A stretch of 62,749 nucleotides of DNA, the filler included, from Candidatus Woesearchaeota archaeon (lineage in GTDB: Archaea > Nanobdellota > Nanobdellia > Woesearchaeales > GCA-2687795), in the NCBI GenBank assembly GCA_030753365.1. It is 5 parts of 5 records of this genome, joined end to end, with 100 filler letters (N's around TTAATTAATTAA, not from the genome) between each part and the next. Parts side by side here need not be neighbours in the genome. Positions count along the whole stretch, not along the records: positions 1 to 26,620 come from JASMCJ010000060.1; 4 more parts are not named here. One strand, written 5' to 3'. Below, piece after piece: positions 1-9,876 of the stretch. The position numbers were made by a program, and so were the translations under genes. The notes under the pieces were generated by a model, which saw only the letters and a list, made by a program, of their open reading frames with translations, had not been told where the DNA came from and did not search any database. Position 1 is the first letter of the stretch. Every line of letters starts with the position of its first letter.

Positions 1-1
1 A

Positions 2-412
2 GGTACTGAAAGTCTATCTAAAGTGTTTGAAGGCTCTGACCTTGAGAAAAGGGCAGGCCCATTAGAGCCACTTACCATTGATGAAAGCTTTAAGTTTAAA
101 AGCGGTGAGAGTGAAATAGTAAAAATAGGTTTCTATTGTGATACTGTGCTTGCATGTGATGGTTTTAAACCGTTCGTAACTAGTTGTGAGGGAAATTTTG
201 AAGACACTGATTTAACTCTAACTACCCCTAAAACAGATATTGGCTCACGTAAGGATGTAGGCTTTAAAGGAATTCTTCAGCATAGCGGGTCAACAGGAAG
301 CGCTATCTGCACATTCGTAGTGGGAGAATCTAATGTAGGTGGTGATGACCTTGCCGGTAATCCAATAAACTCAGAAAGACAGTCAAAGCAGGTTTTAATA
401 GAGGTTTCTTAA
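2..412 (+). CDS. Hypothetical secreted/pilin-like protein, C-terminal part (5' truncated by the window edge)
   Basis: Frame is open from the window start; Cys-containing, beta-rich sequence; T-rich tract after the stop. Confidence 0.45.
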   Translation, partial: GTESLSKVFEGSDLEKRAGPLEPLTIDESFKFKSGESEIVKIGFYCDTVLACDGFKPFVTSCEGNFEDTDLTLTTPKTDIGSRKDVGFKGILQHSGSTGSAICTFVVGESNVGGDDLAGNPINSERQSKQVLIEVS

Positions 413-465
413 AACCTTTTTTATTTTTTCTTTCTTCTTTTTATAGAATTAGCTATACTTTAAAA

Positions 466-3400
466 TTACCTTCTTCTAACTAGCATCTTAAGAACAAAAA
501 ACCCAAGTACTATCACGCATAAGAACATAAGCACTGCTGACAATAATAAGATAGTATCTCCAGATTCTGCAAACGATATTATAGAAGTTCCTTCTGTCAC
601 TGGCTGCGCAACTGCAACTCCAGAACTTGAACTATAAGAAGGCCTGCTGACAAGGTCAATTCCCTTAACAGCAGACCCTTTTTTCACCTGTTTACACCCT
701 TTTACAACAAGATCTTCCCGTTCTGTGTCAGAAAGCTTGTCATCGTAATACACTTTGTAAGTGATAGGATATGTTCCTTCATCCAATTTCTCAGGCAAAG
801 TAGCATAAAACGTTTTCTTAAAGCTGTTTTCATCATCATCAGGATCTTTGTCAAGCTCTATGCCTGTCTCTTTTAGGTCTAATTCAAGCTGAGTATTAGT
901 TATCTCTATGCTCACATCATCCTCATCTTTCCTTCCTATGTTCATTACTTCTATTCCAAAGCCTATATCCTTATCACATGTTATAATACTGGGGCTAAGT
1001 GATATATCTTTGATTATAACATCATGCTTATCCTTTTCAACCTCTAAAGTGAGCTTCCATTCAATCCTATGATAAGTATTGTTCTCATCTTCCCCTTTTA
1101 CTTTAACTCTTACAGCATAATCTCCCTCTTCAACCTCTAAAGGAATATCAAAAGATATTGTTTCTTTCCTGTCTTCCTCAGGGTTAAGGTCAAACTCTTC
1201 AGACTCATCTTCAAGGTCATCACCATCATCAATATCTTCTATTATTATTTCAACCTCTATATTATCAAACTTCATGTCTTCTTCATCAGTGTAAAGGTTT
1301 TCAATCTTTAGTATGAAGTCAACTGATGAGCCTGGCTGAGCAGGCTCGTCTATCTTTTTACCTGCCACAAGATTGCTATCCTTCTTGCCGCCTACTTTGA
1401 CATCAAGGTCTGTTATTGCAAGCTTTGCCCTTTCAGCTTCAGACACTGTTATTGTAAAGGATTGCGTGCTTGTTAGAATAGTGTCTGATACGCTTGCTAC
1501 AACATTGAAACTGCCCAAGCTTGAAGGCGTCCATATGATTAAGCCTGTGTTATTGTTTATGCTCATGCCGGATGGTGAAGTGGTAAGTGAGTATGTTAAT
1601 GTGTCACCATCAACATCAGATGCATCAACACCATAAGAATATGCCTGGTTAAGGATAGCAGATGTTACAGCGCTGGACGTTATGACTGGAGCGCTGTTTA
1701 TTGTGCCAACCCAGTATGTTGAGAATCCATTTACTTTAAATGTTAACCTGCCAAATGTTTGGTTGTATACTATATCAGTGCAGATAGATGAAGGGCAAAC
1801 CGTGCTTCCGGTTACTCCAAGCCCTGAACTATAATATACAATAGGTGTTGTAAGATATTCCAATCCTCCAAGTATTATCTCTGCAGGCTTGTTTAAGGCA
1901 GGGAATTTTGTTGTGTCTATTCCTATAACACCTTTGCTTATATTGATATAATTATCAAAGTCAACAACATCTGAAAGGTTTAATGTTGTGTTTCCAAAGT
2001 CTATTCTTCCTTTTGGTGACTCTATTGTTATGTTTGTTGCATTATCCAGCTGGCTTTTATTCAAAAGCTTGAATGTTCCTGCATATTTGTTTGATATAGG
2101 CAGCTCGCTCACTGTCAAAGTCCATGAACGTGCTATGTATGCAGTACTATCATTTAGAACAACTTTTACAGTATATGTTCCCGGTGAAAGGTTGCCAGCT
2201 GTATAATAATCATTATTGCTTACTTCTATATCACTTATTATCCATTTAACTGTTAAAGGGTCATTGTCAACATCAGATTTTGTTATATTGAAAGTTTGTG
2301 TTCCTGTATAATCAGCTATTGCCGGGTTAAACATAGGATAATAACTGGATATGTTAGGAGCATCATTTGTATTATTTACAGTTATGGTTGCTGTCTGCGA
2401 GCTTGATAAACCGCCACTGTCTGTTACTGTAAAGTTTATTGCAGTGCTTCCAACATCATCATTCACAGGCGTCCAGCTTACTAAAGCGAGAGTGTTGTTT
2501 ATCTTTTGTATGGTTAGCTGTGTTAGGTTGGAGCTATAGCTTAAGCTGTCTCCATAAGCAAGGTCAATGTCAGAGGCTGTTATACTGAATGACAGGGTTG
2601 AATCTTCTAAAACAGAATAACTGCCTATAGCCGCTAAAGAAGGGGCATCATTTGTGTTTGAGATTGTTAAAGCTACAATTTCTGAGTCTGAAGCATTTAA
2701 CGCATCTTTTACTGTTATGTTGATATAATGCGTTCCAATATCATTTTCTGTTGGCATGAAACTTATTATTCCTGTTGAAGGGCTTATATTGAACAAGGTT
2801 GTGTTATCATAGAAGGTTAAGTTATCTCCTATATCAACATACGTTGCATTCACATCATAAACAAAAGCAGTATCTTCATATGCGGTTAAGCTGCCGATTG
2901 GGTTGAGGATAGGGGCATCGTTTGTATTGTTGACTGTTATTATGATTGTTTGAGAATCGCTTAGAGTTCCATCTGTTACTGTAAAATTTATTGTGTTGCT
3001 CCCAATATTATCATTTGTCGGCGTCCAGCTTACTGAAGCGAGAGTGTTGTTTATTTTTTGGATGCTTAGCTGTGTTAAGTTGGAACTGTAGGTTAGGCTG
3101 TCTCCATAGATAAGGTCAGGGTCTGAAGCTGTTATGTTGAAGGTTAAGACTGAATCTTCATTTATTGATTTGTCTGTTATTGAAGCTAAAACAGGAGCCC
3201 TGTTATTGTTTGCTACTGTTGTAACCCATGATTCTGATATGCCTGTGTTATTGTTTACATCTTTTATTTCAAGCTTTATTGTGTAAGGACTGTTCGCTGA
3301 GCTGTTATAGTCAGAGGTAAAAGTGAATGATACTGTTTCATTATAGGAACTGGTTGTCCCATTAGAGCTTGTTATTCCATTAATGCTCCAGTTATAGCGC

Positions 3401-6400
3401 ATGTTATCCTGGTCCATATCATAGAGCGTTGCATTGAAGACTATTGATTCAGTCTCTGTGATGGATGGGTCATATATAGGCTCTAGGCTTTGGATTACAG
3501 GAGCATTGTCAAAGAGAGTATTGAACTGCCATGTTTCTGAGCTTGTTGAGTTTAGGGTCCCATCACCAGCAATGACATGCCAATAGTATGTTGAGTTATC
3601 ATTCAGGGTTGAGGTTGTGTATTGGCTGGCAGATGTTACTGTTAACAGGCTTTGGGTTGTCTGGTTTCCAAAGAAGAGATAATATGTTATTGACTGGTTC
3701 TCAGGGTCTGTTGAATTTTGCCAGTCAAGTTTTACTGTTTTTGTTGCTGATACAACTGTTGAAGCGTTTGAGGGAGATGTTAGCGCAACCTTGGACGGCT
3801 CATCATTCTTGTCTATGACATTGATTGTGAATGAATAGGTATCATAGTTTGTTACATTGTCCATGGCTTTTACTTCTATATTGTTTGACCCAACATACGA
3901 ATCATCAGGTATCCAGGAAATTATGCCTGTGCCAGCATCTATTACCATTGTGCCTGGCTTTTCTGTTAAAGAGAATGTTAAGGTTTGCTCCCCGTTTATT
4001 ACGTCTCCATCTGTTGCGTTAATGTCACAGGTGTAAAACTCGCTTTGGTTTGCCTGAGCAGCGCAGGTTGTGGTGATTACAGGGATGTTTTCTGTTGAGT
4101 TCACAAGGAATGTGAATGCCTGCGCAGAAGATACAAGCTCTGTATCGTTTGCTGTTATGTTGCACTGGGATGTTCCATGCCAGTATTGCCTTGGCTTGTA
4201 TACTAAGCTGGTTCCATTAATAGTGCAGTTAACCTCATTTTCAGATATGATTGTATAGGATAATGGCGTGTTTTCAATGTCTGCAAAGTAGGATATTAAG
4301 CTTAATGATGCATGTGGATCACTTTCTGTAATATTTACTTGGTCAGGGGTGGCGTTTGTGTACGGCGCATCGTTAATAGGCGATACATTTACAGTGAATG
4401 TGTTCGAGTTGCCCCATTGACCTTCCTGGTCTTTGGCTTTGAAGTAAACCTTAGCCTGGCCATTCCAGTTTTGCGTTGCGTTGATGTATGAATAGTTTGT
4501 CGGCAGTATGGTTATCATCAGGCTGCTGTCGTTTGAATAGTACCCGTATTCGGTTATTGCGCTGTCCTTGTCATAGATATAGTCGCTTATAACCAACGTG
4601 TTGTTGTAGCTGTCTTCATTGAACGCAACGTCAGGAACAGAAGACATGCCCTCGTTTGTTGGGGCATCATTCTGGCAGGTTGCGTTTAATATGATTAAGT
4701 TGCTTGGCGTTGTGTTTAAGCTATCACTTGCTGTGAATGTTACATTTTCTGTGCCGCACCAGTCTTCATTAGAGTCAATTGTTGCAATGTTACTGGTTAT
4801 TGTGATGGTGATGTTGCTTGTTATACTGGATGTATAGCTTAATGCCTGAGGATCGTTGCCATCAACATCAATGAAATAGGTTGAAAGGTTGACTGTGAAT
4901 GCAGGAGCATCTTCTATGAATGTCCAGTTTGGCATGGTTGAGTTTAGGGTTGGAGCCCTGTTTTGGACTGTGAATGTCTGGAGTGAACTGTTAGCAATAT
5001 TGTTTAGTGTATCGTTTGCAAACCATTTGTATCCTATAGTTTGCTGGTTTGTGAAGTTGTTTGCCCCTATTGTGAATGGATACTGCGATACTGTATAGTT
5101 TTGCCATGCGCCTGACCAGTTTCCATAGAGCCATACAGTTGAGACAGCAGTGATTGTGTCATTAATGGTTACGTTTAATGTGATGCTGTTATTGTTGTAG
5201 CTTGGTTCTGGTGTTTTGGTTAAGTTGAAGAAGTTAGGCCCATAGTTGTCTATAGTGAATACATTGGATTCACTGCTGTTTAGGTTGCCTGCATAGTCCC
5301 AGGCATAGACTGTTATAGTGTGTTCTCCTTCTGCTAAATTCCTTGTATCAAATGAGGTGTTGAGCCAGTTGTTTGAGAAGGTTGTATTGTAGATTACATT
5401 TGAGACGTTGAACAGAACTGATTGAATATTATTTGTGTCTGTTACTGAAGCGTTTAGTATCGTTGGGAATATAGCAGTTGACCAATTAATGTTGTTAACT
5501 GGTGAGTTTATTGTTACTGAAGGAGAGGTTGTGTCTAAGGTTATTTTCCTTGTTATTGTTGATGTTTCAAAGTTTACATTGTCTTTATGGGTTGCATTAT
5601 AATAATAGATTCCTTCATTAAGGCTTGTGAAGTTAATGTTCCTTGAGCCTGCTGGAAGGATTGTTGAGTTGATTAGATTTATACTTGAATTGTATAAATA
5701 GAAGGTGGTGGTGTTTTCGTTTGTTTCTGTTAAGGTTATGTCAACATAAACCCAGTCCCTGCTGAAGTATGAATTATTTGCCCCTGATGCAAATGCTATT
5801 GAAGGAACTGTGTTATCTATTGTGATATTGTATAATGTTGTTGTATTTGAATTGCCAACACTATCATTATAATAAATAGTTATATTGTATGAATCGTCCA
5901 TGTTCTTAGAAGTATTCCATAAATAATACCATATATCACTATTATTGCTCATTAAGTAATTAGTGCTGTTGAAGCTGATTACCGCAGAGCTTACTTCTGT
6001 TATATTTGCTGTTATATTATATGAACCTGTTATGAATTCAGGTATCGCCCATGAATTAAATGAAGGAGGAAATTCATCATTTAACCTTCCAGGTGTTCCA
6101 TTTGTTGATACACTCTCTGTCCAGTTCCCATTATACCAGATTAAGGTTTTTCCATTACCATCAGCTAAACTAGCAAAATCTGTATAATTTATCAAATGGA
6201 TGTATGAACCATTTGAAAGGTTGATTGTATCTCCTGCATTCATAAGGCTGAAAGTTCCATCACTAGCATTATAGCTTGCATCAGTAGAGTTCCATACTGT
6301 ATCATTATTGCCATAATATGATTCAAAGCTTTCATTATCAGTAACATCAACAAGCTCTCTTGCAATAACAACATATCCACCAGCTGAGATGCTAATGCTA

Positions 6401-6615
6401 TCAAACACAGTATCATCAATTGTCCAGCCAGTTAAGTTCACAATAGCAGTTCCATTATTATAAAGCTCAATCCATTCTAAATCAGTATCACTTCCCTGAG
6501 AAGCAGAAGGGTCATACATAATTTCATTTATAAGCACATCGCTTAGGACTGGTCTTATATTTAACAATATGAATAGAATTCCAAATACCACCAATAACTT
6601 CTTTTTACTAATCAT
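466..6615 (-). CDS. Giant surface protein/adhesin (2049 aa): signal peptide, lamin-tail domain, many Ig/cadherin-like repeats, C-terminal TM anchor
   Basis: VLINEIMYDP..EWIELYN (LTD); repeated VNNTNDAP / ITASDxD cadherin-type motifs; many NxT/S sequons; hydrophobic C-terminus followed by RRR. Confidence 0.85.
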   Translation of the reverse strand: MISKKKLLVVFGILFILLNIRPVLSDVLINEIMYDPSASQGSDTDLEWIELYNNGTAIVNLTGWTIDDTVFDSISISAGGYVVIARELVDVTDNESFESYYGNNDTVWNSTDASYNASDGTFSLMNAGDTINLSNGSYIHLINYTDFASLADGNGKTLIWYNGNWTESVSTNGTPGRLNDEFPPSFNSWAIPEFITGSYNITANITEVSSAVISFNSTNYLMSNNSDIWYYLWNTSKNMDDSYNITIYYNDSVGNSNTTTLYNITIDNTVPSIAFASGANNSYFSRDWVYVDITLTETNENTTTFYLYNSSINLINSTILPAGSRNINFTSLNEGIYYYNATHKDNVNFETSTITRKITLDTTSPSVTINSPVNNINWSTAIFPTILNASVTDTNNIQSVLFNVSNVIYNTTFSNNWLNTSFDTRNLAEGEHTITVYAWDYAGNLNSSESNVFTIDNYGPNFFNLTKTPEPSYNNNSITLNVTINDTITAVSTVWLYGNWSGAWQNYTVSQYPFTIGANNFTNQQTIGYKWFANDTLNNIANSSLQTFTVQNRAPTLNSTMPNWTFIEDAPAFTVNLSTYFIDVDGNDPQALSYTSSITSNITITITSNIATIDSNEDWCGTENVTFTASDSLNTTPSNLIILNATCQNDAPTNEGMSSVPDVAFNEDSYNNTLVISDYIYDKDSAITEYGYYSNDSSLMITILPTNYSYINATQNWNGQAKVYFKAKDQEGQWGNSNTFTVNVSPINDAPYTNATPDQVNITESDPHASLSLISYFADIENTPLSYTIISENEVNCTINGTSLVYKPRQYWHGTSQCNITANDTELVSSAQAFTFLVNSTENIPVITTTCAAQANQSEFYTCDINATDGDVINGEQTLTFSLTEKPGTMVIDAGTGIISWIPDDSYVGSNNIEVKAMDNVTNYDTYSFTINVIDKNDEPSKVALTSPSNASTVVSATKTVKLDWQNSTDPENQSITYYLFFGNQTTQSLLTVTSASQYTTSTLNDNSTYYWHVIAGDGTLNSTSSETWQFNTLFDNAPVIQSLEPIYDPSITETESIVFNATLYDMDQDNMRYNWSINGITSSNGTTSSYNETVSFTFTSDYNSSANSPYTIKLEIKDVNNNTGISESWVTTVANNNRAPVLASITDKSINEDSVLTFNITASDPDLIYGDSLTYSSNLTQLSIQKINNTLASVSWTPTNDNIGSNTINFTVTDGTLSDSQTIIITVNNTNDAPILNPIGSLTAYEDTAFVYDVNATYVDIGDNLTFYDNTTLFNISPSTGIISFMPTENDIGTHYINITVKDALNASDSEIVALTISNTNDAPSLAAIGSYSVLEDSTLSFSITASDIDLAYGDSLSYSSNLTQLTIQKINNTLALVSWTPVNDDVGSTAINFTVTDSGGLSSSQTATITVNNTNDAPNISSYYPMFNPAIADYTGTQTFNITKSDVDNDPLTVKWIISDIEVSNNDYYTAGNLSPGTYTVKVVLNDSTAYIARSWTLTVSELPISNKYAGTFKLLNKSQLDNATNITIESPKGRIDFGNTTLNLSDVVDFDNYINISKGVIGIDTTKFPALNKPAEIILGGLEYLTTPIVYYSSGLGVTGSTVCPSSICTDIVYNQTFGRLTFKVNGFSTYWVGTINSAPVITSSAVTSAILNQAYSYGVDASDVDGDTLTYSLTTSPSGMSINNNTGLIIWTPSSLGSFNVVASVSDTILTSTQSFTITVSEAERAKLAITDLDVKVGGKKDSNLVAGKKIDEPAQPGSSVDFILKIENLYTDEEDMKFDNIEVEIIIEDIDDGDDLEDESEEFDLNPEEDRKETISFDIPLEVEEGDYAVRVKVKGEDENNTYHRIEWKLTLEVEKDKHDVIIKDISLSPSIITCDKDIGFGIEVMNIGRKDEDDVSIEITNTQLELDLKETGIELDKDPDDDENSFKKTFYATLPEKLDEGTYPITYKVYYDDKLSDTEREDLVVKGCKQVKKGSAVKGIDLVSRPSYSSSSGVAVAQPVTEGTSIISFAESGDTILLLSAVLMFLCVIVLGFFVLKMLVRRR

Positions 6616-6842
6616 ACCCCTCAGTCAAGAAGAACATCTAAACTCTTATTTAAAGATTATTGTAGTTTAGGATATAGTAGTGGTGAAGGATGGTTGTTAC
6701 TTGATAGAGGAAGTGTGTTTGAAAGGTGTTAAACGGTTCCGCTTCGCTTCACCCAAATTTTTGATTAGTTTAATAGATGGAGTGGGGCTAAATTGGAAAA
6801 TTATAAATAAAATCAATAAGACTTTGCTTATATGGGGAAAGA

Positions 6843-6944
6843 AATAAAAAATCCCAATCGCAGCAAGCTGCGGGGTATTTTTAGTATTTAGTTTGCGTAT
6901 TAAGCCGATGCAAGCATCGGGGTATAAAACCCAAACTAAATAAT
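6843..6944. mobile_element. 102-bp double-hairpin non-autonomous element, copy 1
   Basis: Identical to 21465-21566; hairpins CGCAGCAAGCTGCG and CCGATGCAAGCATCGG, each followed by GGTAT; AAT at both ends. Confidence 0.8.
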
Positions 6945-7018
6945 TAAAACCTCCCTATAATTCTTTTTTTAATATATCACATAATGCAGTTTTTCGGACG
7001 AAATCAGTGCTAATCTTA

Positions 7019-7348
7019 CTAAAACGAAGATGGAGCATCTGTAATCTGGTCAAGATATTCAAGATCTGGTGTTGTTATAACATCTGTTACTCTATGGGTA
7101 AGAGGATCTATGAAAATACATGATAATACTTTATCATAAGACATTGCAGCTTCTTGTAGGTTCTTTGCTCCGGGAACCACAAAAGGGTAACCGCTGTCAG
7201 TTAATACGATTTTATTATTATCTTGGGAGCCTGCAAATACATGAGGTGAACTATAGACATCATTTGTGGCGATGATTCTTGCATAATGCCCATTATTTGC
7301 ATATAAGGTTGCTGCAACATTAGCAAATTCCCTGCAAACTCCTATCAT
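7019..7348 (-). CDS. Transglutaminase-like domain protein, probably an N-terminally truncated remnant
   Basis: GVCREFA...HVF...TD gives a Cys-His-Asp arrangement; the ORF starts only 4 codons before the Cys. Confidence 0.5.
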   Translation of the reverse strand: MIGVCREFANVAATLYANNGHYARIIATNDVYSSPHVFAGSQDNNKIVLTDSGYPFVVPGAKNLQEAAMSYDKVLSCIFIDPLTHRVTDVITTPDLEYLDQITDAPSSF

Positions 7349-7387
7349 TGAATCCCAATATTTAGTAATAGGAATTATCCTTATAGT

Positions 7388-7428
7388 TATAAACCTTTTG
7401 ACAGATTACTATCTTGAAGTAGATATTG
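7388..7428. repeat. ~41-bp imperfect direct repeat, copy 1 (others at 8481-8522 and 11658-11698)
   Basis: 36/42 identity to copy 2 by manual alignment; contains a minus-strand BRE/TATA-like AAAAGGTTTATA. Confidence 0.7.
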
Positions 7429-7467
7429 GTAACAACCCCTTCTAAATCTAACCAACACCCTTATAGT

Positions 7468-7515
7468 TGTATGGGCACAAATAAACGAAAGATTTATATA
7501 CAATGTGCCCATACA
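7468..7515. promoter_or_regulatory. Inverted repeat TGTATGGGCACA-N24-TGTGCCCATACA enclosing the BRE/TATA box of the fic gene
   Basis: Perfect 12-bp IR; GAAAGATTTATATA lies in the spacer. Confidence 0.75.
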
Positions 7516-7522
7516 TATGTAT

Positions 7523-8452
7523 ATGACCTACATAGAAATCATAAAAAGGAACAAAAAAGAGTATTACTACCTTACAAAAAGTATAAGGCTAAGCCTAAAT
7601 AAGTGGAAGAAAGTCCGTATTTTCCTAGGAGATAAAATGCCTTCAAAAGAAGAACTAAAAAAATATGTTCAACAAATAGAAGAAAAAGCAAAGCCTTACA
7701 TAGAAAAATACAGTTATCTTTCAGAAGATAGTGCTGAGATTCTACAGGACTTAAAAGAAAGTTATAATATATGGCTAAAACAAACTCCAAAAAGTGTTAA
7801 GGAAAAGCTTAATGAGGATTTTGTAATAAGATTTACTTACCATAGCAACGCTATTGAAGGAAATAGGTTAACTTTAAGGCAGACCGCCTTAATTCTAAAA
7901 GATAAAGTAATCCCTTCTGGAGTAAGAGCTGAAGATTATAATGAAGCAATAAATGGAAAAGAATGTTTAGATTATATTAAGCAGTATGAAGGTAACTTAA
8001 ACACAAAATTTTTAGAAAGAACAAATGGTATTCTAACAAAAAATACTGGTATTGTATATGGTGGAAGAATAAGGTTTTTCGATGTCCAAATCCAAGGATC
8101 CACACATGTTCCTCCATCTCATACAGAAGTTAAAAAGCACATGCTCAATTTCTTTAAATGGTATAGTGCAAATAAGAATAAACTGCATCCTTTTGAATTA
8201 GCTGCTTTAGTTCATGCAAAATTAACTTGGATTCATCCTTTTGAAGACGGAAATGGAAGAACAGCCAGAACTCTTATGAACTTCATTTTGATGAAAAAAG
8301 GATTTCCTATGCTTTTTATCCCTTTTGAAAAGAGAGAACAATATTATCAATCATTGGATATTGCTGATAAAGGAGATTATAAAGAATATATTTCCAGAAT
8401 CCTAAGGTTGATTATAGATCAAATAAGAGTGTATGGGCACAATAAAAAATAA
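7523..8452 (+). CDS. fic: Fic-domain protein with an N-terminal basic beta-rich extension
   Basis: HPFEDGNGRTAR catalytic motif; YHSNAIEGN inhibitory-type motif. Confidence 0.93.
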   Translation: MTYIEIIKRNKKEYYYLTKSIRLSLNKWKKVRIFLGDKMPSKEELKKYVQQIEEKAKPYIEKYSYLSEDSAEILQDLKESYNIWLKQTPKSVKEKLNEDFVIRFTYHSNAIEGNRLTLRQTALILKDKVIPSGVRAEDYNEAINGKECLDYIKQYEGNLNTKFLERTNGILTKNTGIVYGGRIRFFDVQIQGSTHVPPSHTEVKKHMLNFFKWYSANKNKLHPFELAALVHAKLTWIHPFEDGNGRTARTLMNFILMKKGFPMLFIPFEKREQYYQSLDIADKGDYKEYISRILRLIIDQIRVYGHNKK

Positions 8453-8476
8453 TATTCCTACTAATGTGCACATACA
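8430..8476. repeat. Second palindrome pair TGTATGGGCACA-N23-TGTGCACATACA at the fic 3' end
   Basis: Same 12-mer arms as 7468-7515, one mismatch. Confidence 0.75.
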
Positions 8477-8480
8477 GAAG

Positions 8481-8522
8481 TATAAACCTTTTTGTCAGAT
8501 TACCACTTTGAAGTTGATATTG
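8481..8522. repeat. ~42-bp imperfect direct repeat, copy 2
   Basis: Aligns with 7388-7428 with 5 mismatches and 1 indel. Confidence 0.7.
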
Positions 8523-8528
8523 AGAATT

Positions 8529-8717
8529 CTAAAACCTATATTCAAACTGATTCTTGCGCTTCATTGCCCTGAAGCCTATTGCTTTGCTTTCTCTTAGTTT
8601 TTTCAGGCAGTTTGTTACTGAGCCTATGGAAACCTTTAATTCTTTAGAAATCTCTTTAGAAGTAAACCACTTCTTTCTGTTCTCTTTCAAAAAGTTATAG
8701 ACTTCTTGTTGTCCCAT
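8529..8717 (-). CDS. Small winged-HTH protein
   Basis: FTSKEISKELKVSIGSVTNCLKKLRES; start assigned to MGQQ. Confidence 0.75.
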   Translation of the reverse strand: MGQQEVYNFLKENRKKWFTSKEISKELKVSIGSVTNCLKKLRESKAIGFRAMKRKNQFEYRF

Positions 8718-8806
8718 AACCAAATTATTATGTTCAGAGTTTAAATAGTTTACTATCAAAAGAATTAAACATAACCTTATATACTAATAACCGTTTTAAC
8801 CTACTT

Positions 8807-9157
8807 ATGGGAAAGTTTGAACGTTCAAGAGGAGGAAGAGGCTCTAGAGGAGGCTATTCAAATAGAAATAGCAGGGGTAGTAATAACTTTGAAGATAGAG
8901 AAAGAAGAGGTTCTGGCAGAGATTTTAACAACAGAGGCAGACGTAACTTTGAGATGACTAAGGTAACTTGTTCTTCTTGCGGCAATGATTGCGAGGTTCC
9001 TTTCAAACCAACCTCAGACAAGCCGGTTTTTTGCAGTGATTGCTTTAAAAGAAAAGATAAAGGCAATTATGATAAACAGTCACAATCTCCTAACCAAGAT
9101 TTAGAAATGATTAATAAAAAGCTTGACAGAATAATGAAAGCCTTAGAGATTGAGTAA
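8807..9157 (+). CDS. CxxC-x17-CxxC zinc-ribbon protein with RGG-rich N-terminus
   Basis: CSSCGNDCEVPFKPTSDKPVFCSDC. Confidence 0.88.
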   Translation: MGKFERSRGGRGSRGGYSNRNSRGSNNFEDRERRGSGRDFNNRGRRNFEMTKVTCSSCGNDCEVPFKPTSDKPVFCSDCFKRKDKGNYDKQSQSPNQDLEMINKKLDRIMKALEIE

Positions 9158-9161
9158 AATT

Positions 9162-9824
9162 CTAAATAGCTTTCTTTCCAACCTTCTCCTCAGCCTGCTT
9201 TTTCACAATCTTAAAAAGCTCATCTAAAACCTTCTGAGGAATCTTCACACCAGTCTTTTTCAGGTTTTCCAGAAACTCTCCTAATTCAAATGCAGCGCTC
9301 TGCCTGCCTAGTTCTATCTGGTTCCTTGCTTCTTCAATAATTACTTTAAAATCAATAGTTATTTCTTTGATTATGTTTCTTGCATCATCTATATCCTTCA
9401 TTCTATCAGTTGCGCATTTCATTAATATTATATCATGAGGGTCAGCAACTTTCAATATCAGGTTATTATTGAATTGATGCGTTTTTTCAGCTCTTTTCAT
9501 CATCTGCTTTGAAAAGATAAAATCTATTACATTAACCAAGAATAAATCAAATCTTTCATCATCCAATCTTAGCATTAAAGGTTGGTTTCTTTTAGCTCCA
9601 TATATTTCAATGGAATCCAGCTCATGATATCCAATATCTTTAACAGCTTCCTTGAAAACAGTCCTATCTTCTTCTTTCTCAAAAACAAGGTCGATATCTA
9701 AAGTAGCCTCTTTAAATCCTAAGAACATCATAGCTGTGCCGCCTATTGCATACATTGTCACAGGCTTTTTAAGCCTTCTTGAGACGTTTAACAATAATTT
9801 CTGCTGTCTTTCTATGGAAATCAT
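9162..9824 (-). CDS. Nucleotidyltransferase (DUF6036/AbiEii-like), putative toxin
   Basis: IGGTAM...TLDID and MK...R.KD..D motifs. Confidence 0.8.
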   Translation of the reverse strand: MISIERQQKLLLNVSRRLKKPVTMYAIGGTAMMFLGFKEATLDIDLVFEKEEDRTVFKEAVKDIGYHELDSIEIYGAKRNQPLMLRLDDERFDLFLVNVIDFIFSKQMMKRAEKTHQFNNNLILKVADPHDIILMKCATDRMKDIDDARNIIKEITIDFKVIIEEARNQIELGRQSAAFELGEFLENLKKTGVKIPQKVLDELFKIVKKQAEEKVGKKAI

Positions 9825-9876
9825 AAAAATACCCCCAGTATTTTTATGGCTTGAAAATTATCCAAGATTTTCATTG

